A stretch of 64,000 nt of DNA from Eledone cirrhosa (taxonomy: Eukaryota). A model generated the notes under the pieces. The model was not told the DNA's origin. It made no database searches and saw only the letters and a list, made by a program, of their open reading frames with translations. Position numbers and translations under genes: made by a program. The stretch is from contig OZ024765.1 of assembly GCA_964016885.1 (NCBI GenBank), positions 3,906,001 to 3,970,000 on the forward strand. The letters run 5' to 3'. This document shows, in pieces, positions 38,654-52,899 of this stretch. Position 1 is the stretch's first letter. Each line of letters starts with the position of its first letter.

Positions 38654-38860
38654 CCCTTTAGCATTTAAATGGCCATATCCGGCCAGAATTTTCTCGCCCC
38701 TTTCTGTTCAAACTGGCCATTGTCTGCCACTCATACTGATGTTAAGGTATTGTTCTGAAAATAAATAATATTAAAATCTCATAATTTCAATATTATGTGA
38801 GGTAAAGCCTTTACCATGAAAATATAATAGTATATATAGAGTAATGTAAATGCTAAAGGG
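38654..38860. mobile_element. Complete piggyBac-type MITE (207 bp)
   Basis: TTAA on both sides (38650-53, 38861-64); perfect 14-bp TIRs CCCTTTAGCATTTA / TAAATGCTAAAGGG. Confidence 0.85.
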
Positions 38861-38956
38861 TTAAGACAGTAGGATGTGAAATGAGGGATAATTTAGCTAC
38901 TCTTTCTAGTGGCTTGTGGCATCATCATTGACACATATGTCACTGTTCTATTGCAG

Positions 38957-39065
38957 GTCATGGTAAAAGCTTGTGTTACCAGTTTCCTTCGGTATATACC
39001 GGCAGAACCAGTATTGTGATATCACCATTACTATCTTTGATGCAAGACCAAGTGATGGCTTTAAA
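38957..39065 (+). CDS. WRN: WRN-like exon 6 ([11 protein letters not shown]...[12 protein letters not shown]; Walker A, motif Ia)
   Basis: GKSLCYQ and SPLxSLMxDQV; cag/gtgagt; 109 nt. Confidence 0.96.
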
Positions 39066-39164
39066 GTGAGTACATACCTTTGACACTGTTGTAATGGTTG
39101 TCTATTATATGAAACTAGCTGGCCCTGGGCTGTCAAAAATGATGCCTAATTGTAATATCTATAC

Positions 39165-39205
<41 letters not shown>

Positions 39206-39769
39206 GAGGTTATATTTAATTTGTTGGGATACAACAAGCAAAATATTTTTATAACTGATATAAAACACTCAACAAATTATTGGAGTAAATATACAATATA
39301 TTAACAAATGGAAACTATATTTATAAAACCATATTTATTTCATTATACATATTTCAAGCGCCACCAGAGCAAACTATATATATATCATTATCCTGATATA
39401 TATATGTATATCATCATCATTTTACATCTGCTTTTCCCTGCTTGCAAGGGTGGGGCGGGTCCTTTTCATGGGTAGATAAAATAAAGTACCAGTAATGCGC
39501 TGGGGTAATTGCTGGCCTTGTGCCAAAAGTAGAAACAATTATTATTATTATTGCTGGTGGATTGGCAGTATCGGTAGAGAGTCGGACACCATGCTTTGCA
39601 GTCTGAGTCCAAATCTCGCAGGGGTTAGCTTTGTCTTTCATCCTTACAGGGTCGATAAAATAAAGTACCGGTCACGCACTGGGGTTGATTTAATCAACTT
39701 TCCCCTCCACCCAAAAATTACTGGCCTTGTGCCTAAACTAGAAATCATTATTATTGTTATTATTATTCT

Positions 39770-40600
39770 TGGAGTGTCAGTCATTGATGTTATTTAACTG
39801 GAAAGTTTGTTGAAATGAATATCAAGCCGCTACCTTCAGCCTCAGATATTCAGGATGTATCGAAGGAGTTCTTGCTGTTCCCAGCAAGCATGTCTTTTGA
39901 AGTGTTTCAAAAAAAGGGGGCTGGACTAATCTTCTTTAACCATCCTTGAAAACTCATTGAGATAGTACCTAGTGCTCCTATGACAATCGGGATGACCTTG
40001 ATTTCATGACAGTCCCAAATCCTTTTTAACTCCCACTTTAAATCCTGGTATCGGTTAATATTCTCCCTCTCCTTCTCTTGCACTCTCGTGTCAAAGGGGC
40101 AGACTACATCTACAATCAGGCACAATCTTTTTTTCCTTGTCAAAAACCACCAGGTCAGGCCTATTGTGTTCTAATTTCCTGTTCGTCTGTATCCTGAAAT
40201 CCCACACCACCTTCACTTGATTGTTTTCTATACCTGACTCTGGCTTATGCTCATACCACTTCTCTGAATGTGGTAAATTGTTTAGTTTGCATAGGTGCCA
40301 GTGGATCACCCTGCCCATCACATCATGTCTCCAGCCTTTATAGTGAGTCTGGGCTAGGTGTTTACACTCGGATACGATGTGAGCCACAGTCTCCTCTCTC
40401 TCTCTCTCCACAGATCCTACACAGTGAGCTAGCTTCCTCCTTGTCAATATGGTGTTTCACCCACTTTGTTCTGAGGGTTTGTTTTTGTGCAGCCATTAGC
40501 ATTCCTTCTGTAGCTGGACTAAAGTTCTTTAACCATCCTTAAAAACTCTTTGAGATAGTACCTAGTGTTCCTATGACAACTGGGACGACCTTGATCTCAT
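39770..40600 (-). mobile_element. R4/Dong-like non-LTR retrotransposon 3' fragment (zinc knuckle + restriction-like endonuclease), frameshifted
   Basis: ETVAHIVSEC, RHD, NRPDLVVFD, CLIVDVVCP, KVIPIVIGALG; both flanks are (ATT)n. Confidence 0.8.
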
Positions 40601-41362
40601 GTTATTATCATTGTAATTATTATTATTATTCCAAGGCGGTGGATTGGCAGAATCGGTAGAGAGTCGGACGCTATGCTTTGAAGCATAGAGTTACGTCCCT
40701 TTATGATCTGAGTTCAAATCCCGTCGAGGTTGACTTTGCCTTTCATCCTTACGGTGTCGATAAAATAAAGTACCAGTAATGTACTGGGTAATTGCTGGCC
40801 TTGTGCCTAAAGTAGAAACAATTATTGTTATTACTAGCATGTGTATATTGATATTATACGCAAGTATATATACATGGAGATATGATACATCAAATAAAAT
40901 CGTAATTAACAATATACACAGAAATTGAACGAAGACGTTGTTACACTCTCTTATGTAATCAGTAATGTAATCCATGATACATTAAAAAAAGACAATATTA
41001 TATATAAACTGCATCAGGAGAAAATTAGTATGTTTATTTAAGTGATCGCCACCGGAAGTGTTGACATCACACACTCTCTCTTTCTATATATATATGGTAG
41101 TTGAAGTGGTGGTGGTGGTGGCAACGATATACCGGTAATGCAACTTTGAAAAGAAGTCAATTTTAAATTATTTATTTTTATGAAATTATTTTTGTTTACA
41201 AAATTTAGTAGATAAATTATGTAATATTCATTCATTATTTATTCAAACTAATCCAATTTATTTTACTAGCGGGATAAAAAAAAAAAACCGTACACAGCTC
41301 CGCAGACCTTCCTTTATTATAGTTTAGATTATTATTTTTCTCTTTGTAAATCTCCGCCGCAG

Positions 41363-41437
41363 TACTGCCAATATTCCGGCCTGTTGTATAGATTCTTCAC
41401 AAAGAAATGTCTCAAACACAATAGACGAACTCTTCAG
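41363..41437 (+). CDS. WRN: WRN-like exon 7 (TANIPACCIDSSQRNVSNTIDELF)
   Basis: NIPAC as in WRN; cag/gtatgg; 75 nt. Confidence 0.9.
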
Positions 41438-41484
41438 GTATGGAAATGGTTTTTTGTTATTTATTTTTTTTCTTTTCAAGCACC

Positions 41485-44400
41485 CTGTAAAGTGGTCGTA
41501 ATGGTGACACAACAAACTGCACCCAGTCCATCCTGTAAAGTGGTCGTAATGGTGACACAACAAACTGCACCCAGTCCATCCTGTTAGGTGGTCGTAATGG
41601 TGACACAACAAACTGCACCCAGTCCATCCTGTTAGGTGGTCGTAATGGTGACACAACAAACTGCACCCAGTCCATCCTGTTAGGTGGTCGTAATGGTGAC
41701 ACAACAAACTGCACCCAGTCCATCCTGTTAGGTGGTCGTAATGGTGACACAACAAACTGCACCCAGTCCATCCTGTTAGGTGGTCGTAATGGTGACACAA
41801 TAAACTGCACCCAGTCCATCCTGTTAGGTGGTCGTAATGGTGACACAACAAACTGCACCCAGTCCATCCTGTTAGGTGGTCGTAATGGTGACACAATAAA
41901 CTGCACCCAGTCCATCCTGTTAGGTGGTCGTAATGGTGACACAACAAACTGCACCCAGTCCATCCTGTTAGGTGGTCGTAATGGTGACACAACAAACTGC
42001 ACCCAGTCCATCCTGTTAGGTGGTCGTAATGGTGACACAACAAACTGCACCCAGTCCATCCTGTTAGGTGGTCGTAATGGTGACACAACAAACTGCACCC
42101 AGTCCATCCTGTTAGGTGGTCGTAATGGTGACACAACAAACTGCACCCAGTCCATCCTGTTAGGTGGTCGTAATGGTGACACAACAAACTGCACCCAGTC
42201 CATCCTGTTAGGTGGTCGTAATGGTGACACAACAAACTGCACCCAGTCCATCCTGTTAGGTGGTCGTAATGGTGACACAACAAACTGCACCCAGTCCATC
42301 CTGTTAGGTGGTCGTAATGGTGACACAACAAACTGCACCCAGTCCATCCTGTTAGGTGGTCGTAATGGTGACACAACAAACTGCACCCAGTCCATCCTGT
42401 TAGGTGGTCGTAATGGTGACACAACAAACTGCACCCAGTCCATCCTGTTAGGTGGTCGTAATGGTGACACAACAAACTGCACCCAGTCCATCCTGTTAGG
42501 TGGTCGTAATGGTGACACAACAAACTGCACCCAGTCCATCCTGTTAGGTGGTCGTAATGGTGACACAATAAACTGCACCCAGTCCATCCTGTTAGGTGGT
42601 CGTAATGGTGACACAACAAACTGCACCCAGTCCATCCTGTTAGGTGGTCGTAATGGTGACACAACAAACTGCACCCAGTCCATCCTGTTAGGTGGTCGTA
42701 ATGGTGACACAACAAACTGCACCCAGTCCATCCTGTTAGGTGGTCGTAATGGTGACACAACAAACTGCACCCAGTCCATCCTGTTAGGTGGTCGTAATGG
42801 TGACACAACAAACTGCACCCAGTCCATCCTGTTAGGTGGTCGTAATGGTGACACAACAAACTGCACCCAGTCCATCCTGTTAGGTGGTCGTAATGGTGAC
42901 ACAACAAACTGCACCCAGTCCATCCTGTTAGGTGGTCGTAATGGTGACACAACAAACTGCACCCAGTCCATCCTGTTAGGTGGTCGTAATGGTGACACAA
43001 CAAACTGCACCCAGTCCATCCTGTTAGGTGGTCGTAATGGTGACACAACAAACTGCACCCAGTCCATCCTGTTAGGTGGTCGTAATGGTGACACAACAAA
43101 CTGCACCCAGTCCATCCTGTTAGGTGGTCGTAATGGTGACACAACAAACTGCACCCAGTCCATCCTGTTAGGTGGTCGTAATGGTGACACAACAAACTGC
43201 ACCCAGTCCATCCTGTTAGGTGGTCGTAATGGTGACACAACAAACTGCACCCAGTCCATCCTGTTAGGTGGTCGTAATGGTGACACAACAAACTGCACCC
43301 AGTCCATCCTGTTAGGTGGTCGTAATGGTGACACAATAAACTGCACCCAGTCCATCCTGTTAGGTGGTCGTAATGGTGACACAACAAACTGCACCCAGTC
43401 CATCCTGTTAGGTGGTCGTAATGGTGACACAACAAACTGCACCCAGTCCATCCTGTTAGGTGGTCGTAATGGTGACACAACAAACTGCACCCAGTCCATC
43501 CTGTTAGGTGGTCGTAATGGTGACACAACAAACTGCACCCAGTCCATCCTGTTAGGTGGTCGTAATGGTGACACAACAAACTGCACCCAGTCCATCCTGT
43601 TAGGTGGTCGTAATGGTGACACAACAAACTGCACCCAGTCCATCCTGTTAGGTGGTCGTAATGGTGACACAACAAACTGCACCCAGTCCATCCTGTTAGG
43701 TGGTCGTAATGGTGACACAATAAACTGCACCCAGTCCATCCTGTTAGGTGGTCGTAATGGTGACACAACAAACTGCACCCAGTCCATCCTGTTAGGTGGT
43801 CGTAATGGTGACACAACAAACTGCACCCAGTCCATCCTGTTAGGTGGTCGTAATGGTGACACAATAAACTGCACCCAGTCCATCCTGTTAGAAGGTCGTA
43901 ATGGTGACACAACAAACTGCACCCAGTCCATCCTGTTAGGTGGTCGTAATGGTGACACAACAAACTGCACCCAGTCCATCCTGTTAGGTGGTCGTAATGG
44001 TGACACAACAAACTGCACCCAGTCCATCCTGTTAGGTGGTCGTAATGGTGACACAACAAACTGCACCCAGTCCATCCTGTTAGGTGGTCGTAATGGTGAC
44101 ACAACAAACTGCACCCAGTCCATCCTGTTAGGTGGTCGTAATGGTGACACAACAAACTGCACCCAGTCCATCCTGTTAGGTGGTCGTAATGGTGACACAA
44201 CAAACTGCACCCAGTCCATCCTGTTAGGTGGTCGTAATGGTGACACAACAAACTGCACCCAGTCCATCCTGTTAGGTGGTCGTAATGGTGACACAACAAA
44301 CTGCACCCAGTCCATCCTGTTAGGTGGTCGTAATGGTGACACAACAAACTGCACCCAGTCCATCCTGTTAGGTGGTCGTAATGGTGACACAACAAACTGC

Positions 44401-45002
44401 ACCCAGTCCATCCTGTTAGGTGGTCGTAATGGTGACACAACAAACTGCACCCAGTCCATCCTGTTAGGTGGTCGTAATGGTGACACAACAAACTGCACCC
44501 AGTCCATCCTGTTAGGTGGTCGTAATGGTGACACAACAAACTGCACCCAGTCCATCCTGTTAGGTGGTCGTAATGGTGACACAACAAACTGCACCCAGTC
44601 CATCCTGTTAGGTGGTCGTAATGGTGACACAACAAACTGCACCCAGTCCATCCTGTTAGGTGGTCGTAATGGTGACACAGCAAACTGCACCCAGTCCATC
44701 CTGTTAGGTGGTCGTAATGGTGACACAACAAACTGCACCCAGTCCATCCTGTTAGGTGGTCGTAATGGTGACACAACAAACTGCACCCAGTCCATCCTGT
44801 TAGGTGGTCGTAATGGTGACACAACAAACTGCACCCAGTCCATCCTGTTAGGTGGTCGTAATGGTGACACAACAAACTGCACCCAGTCCATCCTGTTAGA
44901 AGGTCGTAATGGTGACACAACAAACTGCACCCAGTCCATCCTGTTAGAAGGTCGTAATGGTGACACAACAAACTGCACCCAGTCCATCCTGTTAGAAGGT
45001 CG
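41485..45002. repeat. 3.5-kb satellite, 48-bp unit, about 73 near-identical copies, inside a WRN intron
   Basis: Unit ctgttaggtggtcgtaatggtgacacaacaaactgcacccagtccatc. Confidence 0.98.
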
Positions 45003-45694
45003 TTTTAGTGCCATCATAAAAAGTTTAAATGCTAAAGGGTTAAACCAGCCATATCCGGCCTGAATTCTGTCACCTCTTTCTGTTCAAACCAGCTGTTACT
45101 GGCCACTCATACTGATGTTAAGTTATTGTCATAGATTTGATATTATGTGAGATAATTCATCATCATCTTCGTTTATCGTCCATTTTCCACGCTAGCATGG
45201 GTTAAAAACATTTACCACAAAAATACAATAGTATATATAGAGTAATGTAAATGTTATGTGAGGTAAAGCCTTTACTGTGAAAATACAATAGTATATATAG
45301 AGTAATGTAAATGTTATGTGAGGTATTATGTGAGGTAAAGCCTTTACTGTGAAAATACAATAGTATATTTAGAGTAATGTAAATGTTATGTGAGATATTA
45401 TGTGAGGTAAAGCCTTTACTGTGAAAATACAATAGTATATATAGAGTACTGTAAATGTTATGTGAGATATTATGTGAGGTAAAGCCTTTACTGTGAAAAT
45501 ACAATAGTATATATAGAGTAATGTAAATGTTATGTGAGATATTATGTGAGGTAAAGCCTTTACTGTGAAAATACAATAGTAAGTATAGAGTAATGTAAAT
45601 GCTATGTTAAACCCACTTTCTCCCTCAGTTCTTCCAAGCTCTGCCTTTCTCTCAGAAACCATTATCATATTTGATATATTCTTCATTATGTGGA

Positions 45695-46285
45695 AGCACG
45701 TGGCCTAGTGGTAAGGGTGTTGGACTTAAGATCATAATGTCGTGGGCTCAATTCCTGGGTTGCGTGTTGTGTTCTTGAGCAAAACACTTCATTTCACGTT
45801 GCTCCAGTATACTCAACTGAAAATGAGTACCAGTAATAGCTGGGGGTTTAACCCTGTGGTGGACTGTTGTCCTGTCCAGGGGGAAGTCTTGTACTCTCAG
45901 TCACTCTAGACTAGACTTTAGTATTTATATATATATGTGTATGGATAATATACACTTCATTTCACGTTGCTCCAGTATACTCAACTGAAAATGAGTACCA
46001 GCAATAGCTGGAGGTTTAACCCTGCGATGGACTGGTGTCATGTCCAGGTGGAAGTCTTGTACTGGCAGTCACTTTAGTATTTATATATATATGTATGTAT
46101 GCATAATATACACTTCATTTCACGTTGCTCCAGTATACTCAGCTGAAAATGAGTACCAGCAATAGCTGGAGGTTTAACCCTGCCATGGACTGGTGTCCTG
46201 TCCAGGGGGAAGTCTTGTACTCTCAGTCGCTTCACACCATGAAACTGGGATAAGCACCGGCCAAATGAGTCTTCTGGCTTAAAAC
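45695..46285 (+). mobile_element. tRNA-derived SINE whose body is tandemly triplicated (period about 160-168 bp)
   Basis: One head (tggcctagtgg), then cacttcatttcacgttgctccagtatactca three times. Confidence 0.75.
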
Positions 46286-46319
46286 AGACTTTAGATTTTT
46301 TTCATAATTTTCATTACAG

Positions 46320-46402
46320 CGGAAATTACCGTTTCCTGTACATCACACCAGAGTATGCCATACTCAACACCGGTCTAATTGAACATCTAAACAGCAAAAT
46401 TG
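46320..46402 (+). CDS. WRN: WRN-like exon 8 (GNYRFLYITPEY...)
   Basis: YxTPE motif; cag/gtttgt; 83 nt. Confidence 0.93.
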
Positions 46403-47064
46403 GTTTGTACCTTTGCTTTCTTTCTTTCTTTCTCTCCCACCTCTCTCTTTCATCCATTTTATCAAGGTTGTAAAGTTTGTATGATTCAGGGTTTTGCGGA
46501 TATATATACACCCTATCCCACTTCCACCGACACCACCCTTTCTCTGTAAAGTTATGTTGGTACAACTGAACATCCAGTCCACACTGTAAAGTGGTGGTGT
46601 AGGTGTCACACAAAAAGCACCCAGACCACACTATAAAGTGGTCATGTAGGTGTCACAACAAAAAGCACCCAGTCCACACTGTAAAGTGGTCATGTAGGTG
46701 TCACAACAAAAAGCACCCAGTCCACACTGTAAAGTGGTCATGTAGGTGTCACAACAAAAAGCACCCAGTCCACACTGTAAAGTGGTCATGTAGGTGTCAC
46801 AACAAAAAGCACCCAGTCCACGCTGTAAAGTGGTCATGTAGGTGTCACAACAAAAAGCACCCAGTCCACACTGTAAAGTGGTTGTGTAGGTGTCACGACA
46901 AAAAGCACCCAGTCCACACTGTAAATGTGGTTGGTGTTAGGAAGGGCATCCAGCCGTAGAAAACCTGCCAGAGACAGTTCTATACAAGCGAGACATGGTC
47001 ACCAGACCAATCTTGCCTCAAATGGGAAAAACCCGTCTAACCCATGCTAGCGTGGAAGATGGAT

Positions 47065-47450
47065 GTTAAACGTTTGTGGTTTCCAAAGCACTAGTGGGGT
47101 CACAGCCTCAGAGGTGGCACGATGGCAGTGGCCAGCAAATCTTACTCTCTTTTTACATACAACGACAGGTATGCGTGGGAGACCGGCATATACCTCTCTC
47201 AATGTCAGATGTCGCCAGCTTATGTTCTGAATGTGTCGAAGCAGGTGAGTGAAGGTGTCACCAAGGAGCTTTTGTTGTTTGGATGAAAGCATCTATGTTT
47301 CACTTCCAAGATTGGTTGAATTGTTACTTGGAAGAGTCTGATCTTGGTGTGGTTGGAAAGATTTGAGCACCAAACTCGATCCATCTTGTTGCAAGCTGAC
47401 CATGCTTGGGCCTTTCTGGTGGCAAGATCTTTCTCAGAGTCCGTAATCCA
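47065..47450 (-). mobile_element. RTE-like LINE fragment
   Basis: LRHIQNISWRH...RVRFAGHCHR. Confidence 0.7.
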
Positions 47451-47791
47451 GGACTTATGATCATAATCTCATGAGTTTGATTCCTGGACCAGGTTGCATG
47501 TTGTGTTCTTCAGCAAAACACCTCATTTCACATTGCTCCAGTATACTCAGCTGAAAATCAGTAGCAGTAATAGCTGGAGGGTTTAACCCTTTGAGGGACT
47601 GGTGTCCTTGGATGAGTCGGGGATTAGTTGTTGTTAGGGAGACAGGTATGATGCTATAATGTGGATGTTATGTTCCCTATTTCAGCAATAGCTGGAGGGT
47701 TTAACCCTTTGAGGGACTGGTGTCCTTGGAAGAGTCTGAAGGTCTTAAAAGATGAGTCGGGGATTAGTTGTTGTTAGGGAGACAGATATGA

Positions 47792-48845
<1,054 letters not shown>

Positions 48846-48873
48846 ACTAACCAGACTTATGTATATTTTACAG

Positions 48874-48980
48874 ATACCAGTAGTAGCTCTGACTGCCACA
48901 GCGACACGTGATGTCATGAAGGATATATGTAACAACCTCAAACTAGTGAGGCCAGTTGTTACCTGTACAGGGTTTGACAG
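48874..48980 (+). CDS. WRN: WRN-like exon 10 (IPVVALTATAT...CTGFDR; motif III)
   Basis: ALTATA and CTGFDR; cag/gtaagc; 107 nt. Confidence 0.96.
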
Positions 48981-49054
48981 GTAAGCAGCTTCAACTGTTC
49001 CTTAACGATACTGTTGTCAGTTCCTGCATGGCATATATAGGTATATGTAGTCAT

Positions 49055-49500
49055 ATCTGGTTATATCAAGTTGTATCTGGTTATATGCGGTTATAGCTAG
49101 TTATATCCAGTTATAGCTAGTTATATATACTTATATCTAGTTATATCCGGTTGTATCAAGTTATTTCTGGTTATATCCAGTTATAACTAGTTATATCCGG
49201 TTATAGCTACTTATATATATTTATATCTAGTTATATCCAGTTATAGCTAGTTATATCTAGTTATATCCAGTTATAGCTAGTTATATATACTTATATCTGG
49301 TTATATTGCGTTATAACTAGTTATATCTGGGTATAGCTAGTTATATCCATTTATATTTAGTGATATGGTATTTATATCCAGATACATCCAGTTAGTTGGT
49401 AGTTACATCCGGATATATCCAGTTATATCTGGTCACATCTGTTTATATCTAATTATAACTGGTTATATCTGCTTGTAACTAGTTGTATCTAGTTATATAG
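49055..49500. repeat. Degenerate 10-bp tandem repeat (agttatatct)
   Basis: Visible 10-bp periodicity. Confidence 0.85.
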
Positions 49501-49700
49501 ATCTAATGTATGCATGTGTGTGTATATAATCTATCTAATGCTAGCATGTATATATATATATATATATCTAATGCCAGCCTGTATGCATGTATATAGATCT
49601 AATGCATGCATGTGTATATGTGTATATATATATATATGTCCCAAGGCTCTGATACCATCAACACTATAAACACAGAGCTGGCATATCTAAGAACTGACTA

Positions 49701-49756
49701 ACTGCCTGATGAGGTCATAGCCATTCAATGGCTATCATCGAAATATATATAGCAGT
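49701..49756 (+). ncRNA. Minimal type I hammerhead ribozyme (Penelope/retrozyme type)
   Basis: actgc-CTGATGA-[stem II incl. atagccat/atggctat]-GAAA-tatatat-A-gcagt; AATAAA immediately downstream. Confidence 0.75.
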
Positions 49757-49797
49757 AAATAAAGGATTATGAGTTCATGCAATTGACTTATGTTTCG

Positions 49798-49846
<49 letters not shown>

Positions 49847-49915
49847 CTCTAATGCATATATGTGTGTGTGTGTATATATATATCTATCTAATGCAATATA
49901 TTCTATCCCGACCAG

Positions 49916-50076
49916 ACCGAACCTGTTCTTGTCAGTGACTCAGAAGTCTGGTAACCCAGGGGCTGACCTTGAATCACTGATGATCCATAAGAATAACACT
50001 TATGACTTTGATAGTTCCACCATTATCTACTGCCCAACTAAGAAGGCCACAGCTGAAATATGTTCTGTCATACAAG
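49916..50076 (+). CDS. WRN: WRN-like exon 11 (PNLFLSV...TIIYCPTKK; motif IV)
   Basis: RPNL and TIIYCP; cag/gtatat; 161 nt. Confidence 0.94.
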
Positions 50077-50084
50077 GTATATAT

Positions 50085-50800
50085 AACTATATAAATAAAT
50101 GGCAATTTCTGTCTGTTTGTTTGTTTGTTAACCTAAAACTTAAAAACTACCAAACCAATCTTGATGAAACTTGACATTTGTGTGGGGCTCATGCCCATTT
50201 GATTTCTTACATGTATTTCATTTTAATCAAAGTGTTCCCAGGGGGTTCAAACCCCCGTTGAAGATTTCTTTTCCTTCGATTTATATGAAATTTAAACCAT
50301 AGGTAAATGACAAGATATGATGTCTATTCACAAATTTTCAGCAAATTTCAATAATATTAAGACACCCTAATGGAGGTTCTATTTTTTCCTTATAACAACA
50401 CTCAACTTCTCTGACAAACATTTTTTCGCCTGACCAATGCAATCAACAATATTCGTTGGTATTATTGTTTTCGGTGGATTGGCAGTATCGGTAGAGGCTC
50501 GGACGCCATGCTTTGACGTATAGAGTTACGGCCCTTGCCATTCTGAGTTCAAATCCCGCCGAGGTTAACTTTGCCTTTCATCCTTACGGGGTCGATAAAA
50601 TAAAGTACCAGTAATGCACTGGGTAATTGCTGGCCTTGTGCCTAACGTAGAAACAATTATTGTTTTGTAAATGAATTTGTCTTCACTTTTGATTATCTGT
50701 CCTATATTTTGATTTCATTTTTAGTCTGAGAGGCATTGGGCATTTTAATGGGAACTGGGAATACCCCCCGCTCCCGGGTATTACTGGGTACCTCAGCTAG
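50085..50800 (+). mobile_element. Helitron-like element with a nested SINE
   Basis: (GTTT)n near the 5' end; 3' hairpin cccgg..ctggg then CTAG|T; no clear 5' TC. Confidence 0.45.
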
Positions 50801-50887
50801 TATAACTATATCTATATACTCACTGACTTACTACTTACTACTATATAAAACTGTTTTGATGATATCTTGCTTTCTACCTGTCTATAG

Positions 50888-50979
50888 GTTTTGGTATCAC
50901 CTGTAGGACCTACCACGCTGGAATGTCTGATCAAGACAGGAAAGACTCTCATAGAAAATTCATCAATAATGAGATACAG
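50888..50979 (+). CDS. WRN: WRN-like exon 12 (TYHAGMS...FINNEIQ)
   Basis: YHAGM; tag/gtgaga; 92 nt. Confidence 0.95.
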
Positions 50980-51049
50980 GTGAGATATTGATTTTTAGCT
51001 TAAGTCCTGTACCATATGAAACCACATTAACAAGACATTCTTCAAAATT

Positions 51050-51380
51050 TCAAAACAACACTATGACTGTATCACATTGACTATTAAAGTCTTTACTGTA
51101 ATACTGTAAATATTCACAACAGTCTGTCCACCAGTAAAGATACTATAAACATTTAGTACAAAACAACACTATGACTACATCACATTAAAGTCTTTACTGT
51201 AATACTGTAAATATTCACAACAGTCTGTCCACCAGTAAAGATACTATAAACATTTAGTACAAAACAACACTATGACTACATCACATTATATATTAAAGTT
51301 TTTACTGTAATACTGTAAATATTCACAACAATCTGTCCACCAGTAAAGATACTATAAACATTTAGTACAAAACAACACTT
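51050..51380. repeat. Three-copy tandem repeat of about 100-108 bp
   Basis: caaaacaacact recurs at about 51051, 51159, 51260, 51367. Confidence 0.85.
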
Positions 51381-51411
51381 AGTCCACTCTGTAAGGTGGT
51401 TGTGCTGGTGA

Positions 51412-51576
<165 letters not shown>

Positions 51577-51639
51577 TAGCTTCTACATTCCAGCCATCTC
51601 ATTGGACAATCTAGGTCACATGATCTGTTTGTATTGTAA

Positions 51640-52495
51640 TAATAATAATAATGAAATTATTGTGTAAAGTGCTCAGGTGCACTACAACTCGTCAATATAG
51701 TACATAGAATAATACACAAATGTCAGGGAAGTACATGTGTGTATGTGTTAGCTGTAGTGTTGGCGGATCTCAGGAAGCATGGAGGCCTTAAAGGATGCAG
51801 TGTCTCGACAGCTAACAACTGATGCAGGGAGTTTGTTCCATGGAGGTTTTAAAGGATGCAGTGTCTCGACAGCTAACAACTGATGCAGGTAGTTTGTTCC
51901 ATGGAAGTTTTGAAGGATGCAGTGTCTCGACAGCTAACAACTGATGCAGGGAGTTTGTTCCATGGAGGTTTTAAAGGATGCAGTGTCTCGACAGCTAACA
52001 ACTGATGCAGGTAGTTTGTTCCATGGAGGCCTTAAAGGATGCAGTGTCTCGACAGCTAACAACTGATGCAGGTAGTTTGTTCCATGGAGGTTTTAAAGGA
52101 TGCAGTGTCTCGACAGCTAACAACTGATGCAGGTAGTTTGTTCCATGGAGGTTTTAAAGGATGCAGTGTCTCGACAGCTAACAACTGATGCAGGTAGTTT
52201 GTTCCATGCTTCAGCAACTCTGAGCGTGAAAAAATGTTTCCGAAAGTCATGGGAACTGTGCTGTTTTCTTACTTTGTGGGCATGTCCACGTGTGTTAGAC
52301 ACATGGAAATCGAAAAGGTACTCAGGGTTGTTGTTGGCGAGATGGTTAACAATTTTGTGGGTGTTTACCAAGTCAGTTGCCAGGTGTCGGAGCTTCAATG
52401 AATCCATGCCCAGGGAAGCAAGACGTTCAGAGTATGGTAGGTGTCTGATGGAGGGTATTCGCTTGGTTGCACGTCTCTGAACAGTAACCCTTTCA
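51640..52495 (-). mobile_element. CR1/L2-group LINE 3' end with a 7x 61-bp internal tandem expansion
   Basis: QRRATKRIP..LPYSERL...TRGH..K...FFTLRVAEAWNKLP, (ATT)n tail; 3' UTR copies at 36420-36610 and 63618-63820. Confidence 0.85.
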
Positions 52496-52616
52496 TTGGA
52501 AATCATCATTTAACGCTCATTTGTTGATATATATATATATATATGGAGAGATAGAGTGAGAGAGAGGAAATGAGAAAGAGATATAGAGGAAGAATCAACC
52601 CCAGTACTTCACTGGT

Positions 52617-52660
<44 letters not shown>

Positions 52661-52663
<3 letters not shown>

Positions 52664-52842
52664 AATGTAATCTGAGTTTTTCGAATATTAATAATAACAT
52701 TTGATTCGTTTGCAATTATGCAAACAAGAGCAGGAATGAAGGGTTCATTCTACTGACATGGCTATAAGATTGAGGCTTGTTTGCATAATTACAAACGTAT
52801 TGAATGTTATTATTAATATTCTAAAAACTCAGATTACATTTA
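52661..52842. mobile_element. Fold-back MITE with about 68-bp inverted repeats inserted in (TA)n
   Basis: ataaatgtaatctgagtttt...gcaaacaag / cttgtttgc...aaaactcagattacatttat; partial copy at 15696-15830. Confidence 0.7.
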
Positions 52843-52843
52843 T

Positions 52844-52899
<56 letters not shown>

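Noticed and set aside
41324-45017. 1215-aa and 1186-aa repeat ORFs (His/Cys-rich, metal-binding look)
   Set aside because: Two overlapping frames of a 48-bp satellite, antisense in a WRN intron; the unit derives from a retroelement UTR
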